From contig DBXJ01000034.1 of NCBI GenBank assembly GCA_002309475.1, positions 5,741-69,740 of the forward strand: a stretch of 64,000 nucleotides of DNA, given 5' to 3'. The notes beneath the pieces are model-generated. The model searched no databases, was not told where the DNA came from, and worked only from the letters and a program-made list of their open reading frames with translations. Positions 63,842-64,000 of this stretch are shown here, one piece after another (within the stretch, counting starts at the first letter, position 1; each line of letters opens with the position of its first letter). Source of the DNA: Bacteroidales bacterium UBA1215. Its GTDB lineage: Bacteria; Bacteroidota; Bacteroidia; Bacteroidales; WCHB1-69. The position numbers and the translations under genes were made by a program.

Positions 63842-64000
63842 ATGAAAAATTTTTCTATCTGCCGTTTTTGTATTGTCATATTTACCTTGTTGACACTTGT
63901 TGGTTGCAAAAAAGATCCTCAAATAGGTTCCTATTTAGGCACATTTACCGGTTCCTATACTGACAACAACACGACTACAGATTACACTTCTTTTTATTCT
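63842..64000 (+). CDS. hypothetical lipoprotein (5' part only; continues beyond the window)
   Basis: Own translation: MKNFSICRFCIVIFTLLTLVGCKKDPQIGSYLGTFTGSYTDNNTTTDYTSFYS. It has a lipobox LVGC and the frame is open to the window end. Confidence 0.6.
   Translation, partial: MKNFSICRFCIVIFTLLTLVGCKKDPQIGSYLGTFTGSYTDNNTTTDYTSFYS

Overview
This is an AT-rich Bacteroidota-type chromosomal segment. The phylum call rests on TAnnTTTG -7 promoter boxes in front of most operons, a T9SS-type sorting-domain pattern, and LptF/G, DUF4290 and carboxyspermidine dehydrogenase genes. All calls come from reading the supplied translations and DNA by eye; no homology search was possible. About 50 protein genes and one tRNA-Glu are supported.

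Most of the window is housekeeping core: lpxH, NfeD/SPFH pair, LptF/G permease, transketolase N-half, miaB, trxB, rnr, recO, era, glnA, frr, pyrH, polA, rlmD and others.

Two accessory patches interrupt the core:
- 4.1-6.6 kb: three AT-rich orphan genes plus a lectin-like surface lipoprotein, joined to an LptF/G-glycosyltransferase gene string.
- 23.4-36.1 kb island, between an S9 peptidase gene and rnr. It holds an 825-bp IS1595-family element and a tail-anchored orphan. It also holds two tandem giant modular surface-protein genes (1659 and 977 aa), an AbiEi/AbiEii toxin-antitoxin pair, and a Walker A/B ATPase.

Most interesting observations:
- Both giant proteins carry a T9SS C-terminal-sorting-domain look-alike near their N-terminus instead of at the C-terminus.
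- They are built from alternating ~95-aa beta-sandwich repeats and ~265-aa FISUMP/DUF1566-like (C-type-lectin-fold-like) modules. The terminal 65 residues of these modules are hypervariable on a fixed scaffold. This is DGR-like, but no reverse transcriptase or template repeat is in the window.
- The two genes share a homogenised 667-bp 5' module.
- A degenerate solo IS end upstream of the pair means the IS left end and this remnant bracket 9.5 kb.
- The AbiE and ATPase genes are separated by three copies of a conserved spacer. Each copy has a promoter module; the two flanking the ATPase gene also carry a 31-nt palindrome with a compensatory arm change.

Several ORF-track starts are corrected because the N-terminal extensions read through promoter boxes (tatctttgc translates as YLC).
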